The notes under the pieces: generated by a model | The model's input: only the letters and a program-made list of their open reading frames with translations | Told to the model about the DNA's origin: nothing | The model's database searches: none | Program-made: the position numbers and the translations under genes | Shown here: one piece after another, positions 46,032-55,069 of the stretch | How positions within the stretch are numbered: position 1 is the first letter of the stretch | Layout of the letters: each line of letters begins with the position of its first letter | Virus record (IMG/VR): IMGVR_UViG_3300036766_000471 | Span: 1-63,778 of that record | Origin: a virus | Lineage: Duplodnaviria > Caudoviricetes | Strand: one strand, 5' to 3' | Length of the DNA stretch: 63,778 bases

Positions 46032-46555
46032 TCCGGGTCCCCATTCCGCGCACGATCCTCGTTCGCCTTCTCCAGCCGGATGCTCCACTGGAGCCGACCG
46101 GGGAAGTAGGTGGGCGCACTGCGCGGGTAGAACCGGCGCTTCTGAGAGGGCCCTTCGTGCGGGAAGAACTCCACCTCGTAGAAGAACTCTTGGTTCTGCG
46201 GGATGGAGTCACCCTCGTTGGAGGTACCCCGGAGCTGCTCTTCGGTGAAGGTGCCACTGATTTGCGACAGCTCCACAGAGCCCAGCTCTTCCAAACCGAC
46301 CGGCTGAACCAACTCGGTGAGAGCATCGAAGGAGGAAATCTTCGGGGTGGGCAGGATGGTCCGCTCTTCGATGATGCCCGGAGTGCCCCGCCCGCGCTTC
46401 CCACCGCTCCACTCCACGCGAATGATGGTCACCTTGTACGCGCGCAGACCGAACTTGGTCAGCAGGTCCCGCAGAGAGTCCGCCAACGGCACAAAGCGAC
46501 GCGCCAGCGTCTTCTTCGCCTGTGACGAGGTGACCTCTGTGAACCGCTTCGGCAT
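46028..46555 (-). CDS. head closure / head-tail connector
   Basis: Position; WSGG.RG.G. Confidence 0.55.
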   Translation of the reverse strand: MPKRFTEVTSSQAKKTLARRFVPLADSLRDLLTKFGLRAYKVTIIRVEWSGGKRGRGTPGIIEERTILPTPKISSFDALTELVQPVGLEELGSVELSQISGTFTEEQLRGTSNEGDSIPQNQEFFYEVEFFPHEGPSQKRRFYPRSAPTYFPGRLQWSIRLEKANEDRARNGDPE

Positions 46556-46971
46556 CAGCTTCTCACGATGGGAACGCTGGTGACTGCGTTCGCGCCCCCG
46601 CTGTAGCGCCGCGAGTACGGGTAGATCGGTGCACCGATGATGTCCGAGAGCCGGAAGCCCCAGCGGCGGTACTCCCCTTCGAGGGAATCCGTCTCGTTCT
46701 CACGCAGGTAGAGGTCCTCCAGCCGGGTGGCCGCGAGCCTGTCCTGCGCGTCGATGAGCTTCAACTCAATGCCGTCCATGACCGAACTGATGGAGCGCAC
46801 CTGTTCAAGGGCACTGTCCATCAGCTTGTCGAGCACGTTGTAGACGAGGAAGTTCGTCTGCGAGAGCGCAGGCACACCGAACTGCACCGAGGCCGCAGTG
46901 GTCACCGCTGGGTACCCGAGATGGTACGCCAGCCGCTGCTTCTCGGCGTCGGTCAGCGGTGCGGAAGGCAC
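46555..46971 (-). CDS. head-tail adaptor
   Basis: LT..EK.R..YHLGYP helical protein after capsid. Confidence 0.6.
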   Translation of the reverse strand: MPSAPLTDAEKQRLAYHLGYPAVTTAASVQFGVPALSQTNFLVYNVLDKLMDSALEQVRSISSVMDGIELKLIDAQDRLAATRLEDLYLRENETDSLEGEYRRWGFRLSDIIGAPIYPYSRRYSGGANAVTSVPIVRS

Positions 46972-46979
46972 GTGTTACC

Positions 46980-47291
46980 TCAGAGGGTGACGAGGGGAAC
47001 GCCAGATTCGAGGATGCGCTTCATCTGGTCGGGGCCGTAGCTGCTCTCCGACACGATGTCGCCCTCGTTGAGGCGCACGATGTTGCCTTGCAGTGAGATG
47101 GTGGTGGTGCGCGCGACCCGGTACTTCTTCAGGGCGCTCGCCACAGGCGCCACAGGTGGCGCAGTCGGGTCCGGCTTGAACTCCAGCACTGGTGGCTTGG
47201 GCGCGGGGGGAACCGGGGGTGGCTTCACCGCAATCTTCGCGGCCTCCAACGGGTCCGTGGCCTGCACCTTCTTCTTACTGTCCGTCGCCAT
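46980..47291 (-). CDS. small capsid-adjacent protein
   Basis: GGAG RBS; Pro-rich N-terminus. Confidence 0.65.
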   Translation of the reverse strand: MATDSKKKVQATDPLEAAKIAVKPPPVPPAPKPPVLEFKPDPTAPPVAPVASALKKYRVARTTTISLQGNIVRLNEGDIVSESSYGPDQMKRILESGVPLVTL

Positions 47292-47314
47292 GTGCGGTGC
47301 TCCTTTGAGGTTGC

Positions 47315-47359
47315 AAAAACAAGAACGGCGAGGCCGGGCTGTGTTGCCCAGCCCCGCCG
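47315..47359 (-). terminator. intrinsic terminator after major capsid gene
   Basis: CGGCGGGGCTGGGC...GCCCGGCCTCGCCG stem followed by TTCTTGTTTTT. Confidence 0.7.
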
Positions 47360-47389
47360 CTCAGGGGTTCTGCGCGGGGCAGCGGCGGA

Positions 47390-48790
47390 TTACTCGCCGT
47401 GCTCCACAATCACAGCGCGCTTGAAGTACGCCGCGTCGCCAGTCGCACCGTCAGTGCGCACAGGCCAGTCGCCGATGAACTTCCACGAGCTGGACACCAT
47501 GTCCTGCAAGCGGTTCAGCGGGGCTCGGATGATGAGCTGGATGCGCTCGGTGAACACGTCGATGCCGTTGTTGGTGATGCGCGGCTCGGCGAGCTTGCCG
47601 GTGATGCCTGCCTCGGTGACGAGGTTGGCGAGGTCGAGGTGGTACTCCATGATTTGCCCCTGACCCGTGAACATCGGACGGTGCACGCGAACACCCGTGG
47701 TCACGCCCGTGTTGAACAGTTCACCCGCGAAGTTGTCGTCCTGCGAGTACGTCGCAGTCAGACCGCCCGTCACCGTCTCCGGCAGGGGGCTCTCGGTGTT
47801 CCGAATGAAGATGGTCCCGAGCAGCACACCGATGCCGAACTGCTTGTACATGTAGTAGTCCGGCATGGACGTGAGCAGGCGCTGGAACTCGGCGTCCGCG
47901 AAGATCTGGCTCTCCGAGGTCGGGTCCATGTGGCAGTGGAAGTACCCGTCCTGATGCTCGGGCACGTTCATGCTGCGCATGCGGGCGCACGCCGCCCGGA
48001 TGTCGGCGAGCCGGAACAGGTCCGAGCTGCCCACGTCGTCCACCTTGAAGCCGCCACCCACGCGCACCAGCGAGGTGCGGGTGTCCGCAATCACGTAGTC
48101 GCGATCGACCACGCTGATGGCAGCACCGTCGAGGGTGATGGTGCCGGGACCGACCTCATCCCCCGCCACGTCCGCGGCGAAGCCGATGACGTTCCGGCTC
48201 AGCTGCGAGCCCGCGAAAATCTTGATGGGGAGCGGGTTGCTGGGGGACACAGCGAGGTACTGCACCGCCGAACCCGCCACGAGGTCCGGGCGCCGGGCCT
48301 TGGTGAAGCCGTTGAGGCGCTTCACGCGAATGGTGTTGGTCGGGCCCTGAGCACCGTCCGCCACGGTCCACCCCGACAGACCGGCGTTGTACAGCCGGTT
48401 GCGGGTGATGCCGTTCAGCGACTGCCCCGCCTGCAAGCCCAGCTGCTGGGCGTTGCGGTAGAACAGGTTCGCGATGGCGACGATCGCGGTCGGCATGTGG
48501 GTGTCGATCGAGCTGGCGTACTGCTGCGCGACCGCTTCCCACTGCTCCGCGCTGAAGCTCTGCGGAACGGGGTCGTTGCCGGGGACCAGCGGCTTCTGCT
48601 GCTTCGGCAGCAGCCCGGTGCCGGTGAAAATCTGCCGGTCGCCGATGTTGGCGGGCCAGAGCACCGGGGTTGCTTCACCGCGGTACAGCAGCCGGGGGAA
48701 CAGCGAGTCGTGGAACGCTCGTTCGAGAATTCCGTCCTGCACCAACGCCCGAATCTCGGGCGACTGGGCGATTACTGAGAAGTCAGGCAT
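47390..48790 (-). CDS. major capsid protein
   Basis: 466 aa, strongly GC3-biased, between scaffold and neck; D.R..R.MNVP, P.NRLQ...SW. Confidence 0.85.
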   Translation of the reverse strand: MPDFSVIAQSPEIRALVQDGILERAFHDSLFPRLLYRGEATPVLWPANIGDRQIFTGTGLLPKQQKPLVPGNDPVPQSFSAEQWEAVAQQYASSIDTHMPTAIVAIANLFYRNAQQLGLQAGQSLNGITRNRLYNAGLSGWTVADGAQGPTNTIRVKRLNGFTKARRPDLVAGSAVQYLAVSPSNPLPIKIFAGSQLSRNVIGFAADVAGDEVGPGTITLDGAAISVVDRDYVIADTRTSLVRVGGGFKVDDVGSSDLFRLADIRAACARMRSMNVPEHQDGYFHCHMDPTSESQIFADAEFQRLLTSMPDYYMYKQFGIGVLLGTIFIRNTESPLPETVTGGLTATYSQDDNFAGELFNTGVTTGVRVHRPMFTGQGQIMEYHLDLANLVTEAGITGKLAEPRITNNGIDVFTERIQLIIRAPLNRLQDMVSSSWKFIGDWPVRTDGATGDAAYFKRAVIVEHGE

Positions 48791-48908
48791 TGGGTCGCTT
48801 CCTTGTGGGTACTGCGGTGGGGTGCGTACATCTTCAGCGCCGAAAGGTACGTCAAGACCTCACCTCAAGGAAGCGCGCAGGTGACGTGCCTGCGCGCCCC
48901 CCGGTCAC

Positions 48909-49760
48909 CTACACGTGACCGTTGATTCCGCGTGCTCGAAGGAGATCCGCGTACTGCTTCGGGTCCATCTTGCGCGCATCGACTCTCCCGCCCTGCGACT
49001 GCTGGGAGGTCACCTGACCCGGCTGGGGAGGCTTCGGCGCACCCCCTTGACCGATTCCGGTGTTCGCGGGCTGCACCGTTTCTCCGAACAGCAGAGGCTT
49101 CGTCTTCCGAAGTCCATCGAAGAACGCCCGCTCGTCGAACTGCGCAGCCTGCTCGGGGGTCAACTTCTCCACCTCGCGGGTGAGCAGCATGATGCTGTAG
49201 TCCACGTCTTGGACGCCGACTCCAGCCGCGATGGTACGGAGGTGCATCTCCGCCCGAATCGCGTCCACTTCCTGCCGCGCTGAGTCCAGTTCCTTCCGGT
49301 ACTCGGAAGCGGACTGGGCATAGCGGTTGCGCTCGTTGAGGGCCTTCTCCAGATTGCGCTGGAGCGCCATCTCTGCGCGCTGCTGCCCGCGGGTCGCGAC
49401 CTGCCCCGCCTGATTCGCCGCCAAGTCCTCTGGCGTTTCCTCGGGAGGAACCGGCTGCGGCGCTGCCTGTCGTGGGGCGACAGGTGCAGGCGGCTTCTGT
49501 CTCAACTGAGACAGAGCAGAGACGAGATCTGCGTGGTTTTCATACCCCGCGTCCTTCGCCAGCTGGTCCAACCCCGCCTGCCTTCCCTTCGCGAAGGCTT
49601 CATCCTTTTCCCGCTTCATCGCGGAATGGGGAATCATCATCACCTTCGGTTCCTGCGGAGCCTGCTGCTGCTGCACAGGGGCCGGGGGCGGCGCCACTTG
49701 CTGCGTGGGATCACTGCCACCGGGCTGCTGCACTTCTTGCGGCATCACGTCTTCAGGCAT
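48909..49760 (-). CDS. capsid scaffolding protein
   Basis: Pro/Gln-rich coiled coil; L.K.KP.LF; DARKM...Y..L..RGI. Confidence 0.75.
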   Translation of the reverse strand: MPEDVMPQEVQQPGGSDPTQQVAPPPAPVQQQQAPQEPKVMMIPHSAMKREKDEAFAKGRQAGLDQLAKDAGYENHADLVSALSQLRQKPPAPVAPRQAAPQPVPPEETPEDLAANQAGQVATRGQQRAEMALQRNLEKALNERNRYAQSASEYRKELDSARQEVDAIRAEMHLRTIAAGVGVQDVDYSIMLLTREVEKLTPEQAAQFDERAFFDGLRKTKPLLFGETVQPANTGIGQGGAPKPPQPGQVTSQQSQGGRVDARKMDPKQYADLLRARGINGHV

Positions 49761-49964
49761 GTCTTTTTTCCTCGGTACTGTCTCCGACATTCACCGCCGT
49801 CGTCGCGTGGTGAGGTGCCAAAGCCAGCCTGTGTGATTCCCCGCGGTGCGCAGCGGGTACGGTGAAGCGGGGCGGAATCCGCCGCCCCTCGGGAAACCCT
49901 CTTCTTCAGCATCGTGAGCCAAGGCCCTGCTCTTCGCGTTGGCCAGCTCCCCCAGCTTCAGGAA

Positions 49965-50417
49965 TCAGGCGATGTCGAACTTGGCGGTCATGTCCGCGGT
50001 GGGCCCCGCGATGTAGCGGAACACGACGCGAGTGACGGTGTTGGGGAAGGTCACCGTGGTGATTTTCCCCGCGCCGGTCAGCCCAGCGCCGGGAGCCGCG
50101 ATGCCCTGCGCCGAAGCGAGGCCGATGGCGGTGTTCGCGCCACCGGGCGGCAGCAGCGGGGTGGTGGCGCTGTTGCCCACCATGTAGTGCCCGACCGAGG
50201 CCGCGGTGCCTGAGGTGATGACGTGGGCCGAGAGAACGGCGAGCGCGCCCTCGGGCAGCGGCACGGCAGCGACGCCCGTGATGGTGCCGGTGTCATGCTC
50301 CTTCATCTGGAGCAGGTTGCCGAGGTCCACCTTGCGGAGCGCGTCGGCGAGCCGGTTCGGGTCCGCCTCGGTGAGGACCTTCTTGAGAGTCTCGGTTGCA
50401 GTGGTGGTGCTGGGCAT
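49965..50417 (-). CDS. head-associated (decoration-like) protein
   Basis: Ala/Gly/Thr-rich; GGAG RBS. Confidence 0.55.
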   Translation of the reverse strand: MPSTTTATETLKKVLTEADPNRLADALRKVDLGNLLQMKEHDTGTITGVAAVPLPEGALAVLSAHVITSGTAASVGHYMVGNSATTPLLPPGGANTAIGLASAQGIAAPGAGLTGAGKITTVTFPNTVTRVVFRYIAGPTADMTAKFDIA

Positions 50418-50457
50418 GTGCGTTCTCCGTGCTGCGGGGAAAGTTGCGGGGGCCTTA

Positions 50458-50838
50458 CTACGATTTCTCGCCGAGGAAAACTCGGACGGTGGTCAACGTG
50501 CTCGCAACGCGCGTCAAGTCGATAGCGGTGAAGGGCACGGTGTCGGACATCAGGATGAGGTACGTGTCGAACGGAATGGCCTGCGCTGTGCCATCGGCAC
50601 TGGTGAAGCGGGCTTTCACCTTGCCCCCAGTCGCCTTGAGCAAAATGACGTTGGCGTTCACCACACCACCGAAGGGGACAGCAACCGCGGAGTCCACCGA
50701 CAGCGTGAGGTCCGCCAGCTCCTTCACCTTCAGCGTCTTCCCCTCGGAGATTTGCGCGATGACGTTGGGCGCAAATGACAGAGGCTGCCCCAACGGGGCA
50801 GTCTCGTAGCTCCCGAGCAACTTGAAGGAGTCAGCCAT
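50458..50838 (-). CDS. head-associated beta protein
   Basis: Position and composition. Confidence 0.6.
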   Translation of the reverse strand: MADSFKLLGSYETAPLGQPLSFAPNVIAQISEGKTLKVKELADLTLSVDSAVAVPFGGVVNANVILLKATGGKVKARFTSADGTAQAIPFDTYLILMSDTVPFTAIDLTRVASTLTTVRVFLGEKS

Positions 50839-50856
50839 GGGCGTACTGAGCAGCCC

Positions 50857-51054
50857 TTACTTCGAGCCGAGCGGGCCGACCGTGAAGGGGCTCGGGTCCA
50901 CCGAGCCGGGGAGCGACCCGTAGGCGGTCTTGCTCTCCACGTCTTTTTCGTCCGCGGCCTTGTCGGCGTAGGTGCCGGTGGCCTTCTCGATCTTCTCGAA
51001 AACGTTTCCGTCGCCTTCGGTGGCGCTCTTCAACAGGTCGTTCAGGTTGTCCAT
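50857..51054 (-). CDS. small acidic protein D (PF-motif family)
   Basis: GGAG RBS; ends DPSPFTVGPLGSK. Confidence 0.75.
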   Translation of the reverse strand: MDNLNDLLKSATEGDGNVFEKIEKATGTYADKAADEKDVESKTAYGSLPGSVDPSPFTVGPLGSK

Positions 51055-51091
51055 GTTCGGTTCTCCGGTGAAGCGGTGTTGGGGCGGGGGC

Positions 51092-51289
51092 TCAGCTGCC
51101 CTTGATGGTGAACGGCGACGGGTCGAGCGCGGTGGGCATCGCCGCGTCCGGCGCGGGGATGCTCATCGGCTGGTACTTGCCGTGCTCCGCGTCGTAGATC
51201 TCGTTCGAGAGCTTGCCGTCGCCCTTCGAGATGGGACCGCCGTACTTCGAGGTGTTCGGGGTGTCTTTGCCACTCGTCTCGTCGGACAT
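51092..51289 (-). CDS. small acidic protein C (PF-motif family)
   Basis: GGAG upstream; ends DPSPFTIKGS. Confidence 0.75.
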   Translation of the reverse strand: MSDETSGKDTPNTSKYGGPISKGDGKLSNEIYDAEHGKYQPMSIPAPDAAMPTALDPSPFTIKGS

Positions 51290-51294
51290 GGAAA

Positions 51295-51540
51295 TCAGGC
51301 TCCCTTGATGGTGAACGGCGCGGGGATGTCGAGGGGCTTCGCCTCGCCGGGCTGCTTCAGCTCCAGCGGCTTGTAGTCCTGCGTGGGCTGTTCCTTGGTG
51401 ATGGGGTGCCCGTGCCGGATGTCGTAGGCCGGACCCTCATCGAAGTTCGCCGGGTCGTTCTTCTCCATCGCGGTCTGCCGCGGGGTGCGGTGAGAGAGCT
51501 GCTCACTCGCAAGGCTGCCCTTTTTGGTGTCGTCCGCCAT
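51295..51540 (-). CDS. small charged protein B (PF-motif family)
   Basis: AAGGAG RBS, ATG 51540; ends DIPAPFTIKGA. Confidence 0.75.
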   Translation of the reverse strand: MADDTKKGSLASEQLSHRTPRQTAMEKNDPANFDEGPAYDIRHGHPITKEQPTQDYKPLELKQPGEAKPLDIPAPFTIKGA

Positions 51541-51553
51541 GGGTCGTCGCTCC

Positions 51554-51925
51554 TTACTTCGTGGTCTTGAAGGGGGAAGAGTCGGACGATTCCAGCTCGC
51601 CGTCCGCGTCGTTGCGCTGCCACCGCGAGGCGAAGCCTTTGACCTGCGACTGCGAATTGCCGTCGAAGTCGAGCGGGTCGAAGAACTCCGGGTCACTCTT
51701 GCCGCCGACCGTGCCCATCGGGAGACACCCCATGCCGTAGTCGTTCTGCGGCATCGCGCCCTTGTCGCGCGAGTCCACCATCGGCTCCGGCTGCTTCGGG
51801 GACCGCGGCCAGTCGCCGAGGTCAACGCCGGGGTTCTTCATCCGTTCCTGCACACGGAGGTTGTACGTCTCCATCTCTTCGTGGAAACGCTTCTGGTCCT
51901 CGATGTCGATCAGTCGGATGGTCAC
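51554..51925 (-). CDS. small acidic protein A (PF-motif family)
   Basis: GTG 51925, 7 nt after TACACT; ends SDSSPFKTTK. Confidence 0.65.
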   Translation of the reverse strand: MTIRLIDIEDQKRFHEEMETYNLRVQERMKNPGVDLGDWPRSPKQPEPMVDSRDKGAMPQNDYGMGCLPMGTVGGKSDPEFFDPLDFDGNSQSQVKGFASRWQRNDADGELESSDSSPFKTTK

Positions 51926-51932
51926 GTAGTGC

Positions 51933-51961
51933 AGTGTATGGTCACGGCTTCGGAGGCGCAA
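51933..51961 (-). promoter_or_regulatory. promoter, probably leaderless
   Basis: TTGCGC-17-TACACT-7-GTG. Confidence 0.5.
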
Positions 51962-52029
51962 GAATCCGAGGCTTTAGTTTTTCTGCGCCGCTTCGTAGCT
52001 GAGGGTGACCGCGCTGCGCAAGCTCCGCG

Positions 52030-52467
52030 CTACGGGGTGCCGCCGTCCGGCTTCTTCTCGAACGCGGGCTGCGGCTGCTTGGTGACGAGGAACTGGTAGA
52101 TGCCGTCGAGCTTGGCGCTCTGCTCGCGATGATTCTGGTCCTGTCGCTCTTCGAGCTTGTCCATGCGCTTGGTGAGGTCCGCGATGGAGGCGTCCACGCT
52201 TTCCTTGTCGGTCTTCTGCTGGGCGCGCACCGGAGCGACAACCACTTCGGCCTTCTCCGCGGCTTCGGCCTTGATGAACGCAACCACTCCAACAGTGGCG
52301 ATGACCGTCGAAATGATGAGGCCACCGATGGTCTTCAAGACGGCGGAGTTCAGCTCCTTGTGGAGCTGCGCCTTCACCACTGGCGTCTCACCTGTGTCGT
52401 GTTGCACGTCGGACTCACTTCCAAGGGGAACTGGGGGCGGGCTCAGTTGCGGGGTCGGGGTGCTCAT
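52030..52467 (-). CDS. single-TM coiled-coil membrane protein
   Basis: TIGGLIISTVIATVGVVAFI TM, then coiled coil. Confidence 0.65.
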   Translation of the reverse strand: MSTPTPQLSPPPVPLGSESDVQHDTGETPVVKAQLHKELNSAVLKTIGGLIISTVIATVGVVAFIKAEAAEKAEVVVAPVRAQQKTDKESVDASIADLTKRMDKLEERQDQNHREQSAKLDGIYQFLVTKQPQPAFEKKPDGGTP

Positions 52468-52524
52468 GGTCGAGGCGCTCCTGTGCTCACAACGGGAGAG
52501 AACAGTCTAGACCGGCCCCACGTC

Positions 52525-52842
52525 CTACTTCACGTAGACCTTGGCACCCGACGCGCTCACGTAGTACGAGCCGCCGCGTTCGCCGGTTTGCAGATTCTTT
52601 TCTGCCCCAGCTTTTGCTGCGGATTCCATCTCCTTGAGCTTGCCCTTCTGCGCGGAAAGTACCGCCGAGGATGCCTTGGCCAAGCGATCGACCGCCTTCC
52701 ACCGTGGGTCTGAGTTCGGGAACCGTTTGTTCCCGAGCTGTTCCCGCTTCCGGTGAATCGCTCCCCACGTCTCGTCGAGCTTCTTCCTGTCGAAGCTCTT
52801 GAAGCGCTCCGCCAGCTGCTTCAGCGTTGGACCCTTCGCCAT
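52525..52842 (-). CDS. basic protein with PBCV-type basic adaptor motif
   Basis: C-terminal TGERGGSYYVSASGAKVYVK. Confidence 0.65.
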   Translation of the reverse strand: MAKGPTLKQLAERFKSFDRKKLDETWGAIHRKREQLGNKRFPNSDPRWKAVDRLAKASSAVLSAQKGKLKEMESAAKAGAEKNLQTGERGGSYYVSASGAKVYVK

Positions 52843-52852
52843 GGCCTACTCC

Positions 52853-53716
52853 TTATTGCGGCGGTCGAGCGGCGGCGCGTGCCTGCAACGCAGAGGCAGC
52901 GGCGCCCTTCTTGGTCATGTCCGTCTCGCCCGCTGACTTCGGCGCAGCACCTTCCGCGCCGGGCTGCCCATCAGCCGCGATGGGCCCACCAATCATCTTG
53001 TAGAGGTAGGCGGTGACCACGTAGGGCTCTTCGTACTTTTCCTGCACGCCCTCGATGCCGAGCCCAACCGCTTCCGCAGCTTCCTTCCACTTCTCCGGGT
53101 CGAGTGCCCACTTCGGAACGTCCTCGGGACCCTTGGAGTCGGAGCCCGCGATGGTGTCCTCCAGCTCTTGGTCCAGCGCACCCTCCGCCGCCTGAGCCGC
53201 GTCTTCGACCAGCTCGTAAATCTGCATCTCGTGGTCCTCACCGGGATGCGGCGCTTCGGCGTGCTGTTCCGCATGACCGGGCGGCATCGGTGGCTTCATC
53301 GGCATCACCTTCGGGGGCGGCGCCATGCCTCCCGGCTTCGGAGGTGCCGCGTGCGGGGGCGGAGCAGCGTGCTGCGGCGCGGGCGGCGCACCGGAGTGCG
53401 GCGGGGGCATGCTCGCCTTGGGTTTCGGCGGCGGGAGCCCAGCCTGTGGACCAGCGTGCGCACCGGGATGAGGAAGAACAGGTGCGTGCGCCGGGGGCGG
53501 CGGAGCAGCTGCGGCACCGGGCATTGGCGCCGGGGGCGGCGGCAACGGAATCGGTTGCCCGTTCGCATCGAGCAACGGCTGCCCGTCCGGGCCGAGCTGG
53601 TACTGCGGGGGCTTCGCTGCCTGCGCGCGCTTCGCCGCGAGGGCGCCAGCTGCGAGAGGGGTTGCGGCTTTTCTCTTGGAGAAGGCCAGAAGTTTTTGCT
53701 TGTCGAGAACCGGCAT
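52853..53716 (-). CDS. Pro-rich protein with acidic C-terminal domain
   Basis: GGAGG RBS; poly-Pro N-half; PKWA.D.EKW..A...Y.V...LYK.IGG. Confidence 0.7.
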   Translation of the reverse strand: MPVLDKQKLLAFSKRKAATPLAAGALAAKRAQAAKPPQYQLGPDGQPLLDANGQPIPLPPPPAPMPGAAAAPPPPAHAPVLPHPGAHAGPQAGLPPPKPKASMPPPHSGAPPAPQHAAPPPHAAPPKPGGMAPPPKVMPMKPPMPPGHAEQHAEAPHPGEDHEMQIYELVEDAAQAAEGALDQELEDTIAGSDSKGPEDVPKWALDPEKWKEAAEAVGLGIEGVQEKYEEPYVVTAYLYKMIGGPIAADGQPGAEGAAPKSAGETDMTKKGAAASALQARAAARPPQ

Positions 53717-53757
53717 CGTGTCGTGCCTCCGAGAAAACGCGCGTGTACCACACTACT

Positions 53758-54105
53758 TCAGCGCTTGCCCCCATCGTAGGGCTTTGCGTGTCCGGCTTTC
53801 ACCATCTCGTCATTCACGTCCGAACCGCCACCGTTCGTGATGCGGCACAGGTAGCGCCCGTACTTCTCCTGCTCATCTTTCTTGGTGACGACTGTGAGCG
53901 GCGTGGGGGTGAGCAGGCTGGTGAGGTAGTTCATCGCCGCCTTGCCGCGCTCCTTTTCCGCGAGGTCCTTTGAGTGCAGCTCGGGCGCGTTGATTCCCAG
54001 CAAGCGGAAGCGCTGCTCGGTGAAGACGTTGAAGCCGAGATCGATGCGGAAATCCACGGTGTCGCCGTCGAGGACTTTCAGAAGCGTCGCTTGGTAGGTG
54101 AACAT
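53758..54105 (-). CDS. thermonuclease (SNase) family protein
   Basis: KVLDGDTV, RLLGINAPE, EKYGRYL, G.A.PYDGG. Confidence 0.9.
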   Translation of the reverse strand: MFTYQATLLKVLDGDTVDFRIDLGFNVFTEQRFRLLGINAPELHSKDLAEKERGKAAMNYLTSLLTPTPLTVVTKKDEQEKYGRYLCRITNGGGSDVNDEMVKAGHAKPYDGGKR

Positions 54106-54115
54106 GAGCCGAGTT

Positions 54116-55069
54116 CTACACCGGAACGCGGTCGCCGCCCACGTACCGCCAACCCGGAACACCCCAGTCCTTCATCCACGGTGAAAGTACAGCACGATCA
54201 TTCGGACGATTTGGCGGGAAGGCCCAGCTCAACCCCACGAGCGCCTCGGGCACATCGTAGTTACCCTTCTTGTCTGGGAACGGTGCGGTGTCCGGCATGG
54301 TGAACTCGTCGCCGGGCTGCACCACCTGCCCGTGCATCGCGATGGAGTCCACCGCCACCCGATCATCGAGCGGCGCACCAGAGTCGTCGCAGTGCTCTTC
54401 CCACCGCATCATCAGCTCGGGTATTTCCTCCGAAGCCTCCATGATGCCGTCGCGGTGGGTTCCGTTGTAGGCGTAGGCCATCTCGGTGCGCACGATGCGC
54501 TCCCCCTGCCACCACTCACCGTCAATCGCCTCTGCGATGGTGTCGATGACCTCGCTTGGGGCCTCGCCCTTGAGCATCGAGAGAGCCATCTCGCTCTCCA
54601 CGTTCTCCACGATGCGAACACCGTACCGAGCCATGGAGGTTTGATTCGCCCGCAGCATCGTGGAGGCCCGGTTCTGGAGAACGCCCGCGAAGACCGCGGC
54701 CTCTTCGATGGGCAGCGTGATTTCCGCTCCGGTGAAGTGCTTGTGCAACCGCTTCACGTCGGTCACCAACCCGGTGAGCGCCTTCTCCTGCGCCACCTTG
54801 GTGAGCGGCGTCATGTCCCCAGCGAGTCGCTTGGTGATGAGCGCCTGCCCCTCACGCAGCTGCGCTTGCACGATGCGCATCTGGTACGCGGTAAAGGTGT
54901 CGCTCCGCCCGGTCCTGATTGTCTTGGCGATTTTCGCCACGAGCTGATTCTGCGCCTCGTCATAGAGGCGCTTCATCTTCGAGGCAGCATGCCCCGCCAG
55001 CGTCTTCTCCAGCCGGTTACGATGCGTCTGCACCGCTTGGTGAAACACCTTGGGGACGCGCTTGGTCAT
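54116..55069 (-). CDS. Mu gpF-like head morphogenesis protein
   Basis: ERIVRTEMAYAYN, DDRV..D...HGQ, PP.RPNDR. Confidence 0.85.
   Translation of the reverse strand: MTKRVPKVFHQAVQTHRNRLEKTLAGHAASKMKRLYDEAQNQLVAKIAKTIRTGRSDTFTAYQMRIVQAQLREGQALITKRLAGDMTPLTKVAQEKALTGLVTDVKRLHKHFTGAEITLPIEEAAVFAGVLQNRASTMLRANQTSMARYGVRIVENVESEMALSMLKGEAPSEVIDTIAEAIDGEWWQGERIVRTEMAYAYNGTHRDGIMEASEEIPELMMRWEEHCDDSGAPLDDRVAVDSIAMHGQVVQPGDEFTMPDTAPFPDKKGNYDVPEALVGLSWAFPPNRPNDRAVLSPWMKDWGVPGWRYVGGDRVPV

Noticed and set aside
49880-49925. Hammerhead ribozyme (CTGAAGA on the minus strand)
   Set aside because: No correctly placed GAAA and closing stems follow.
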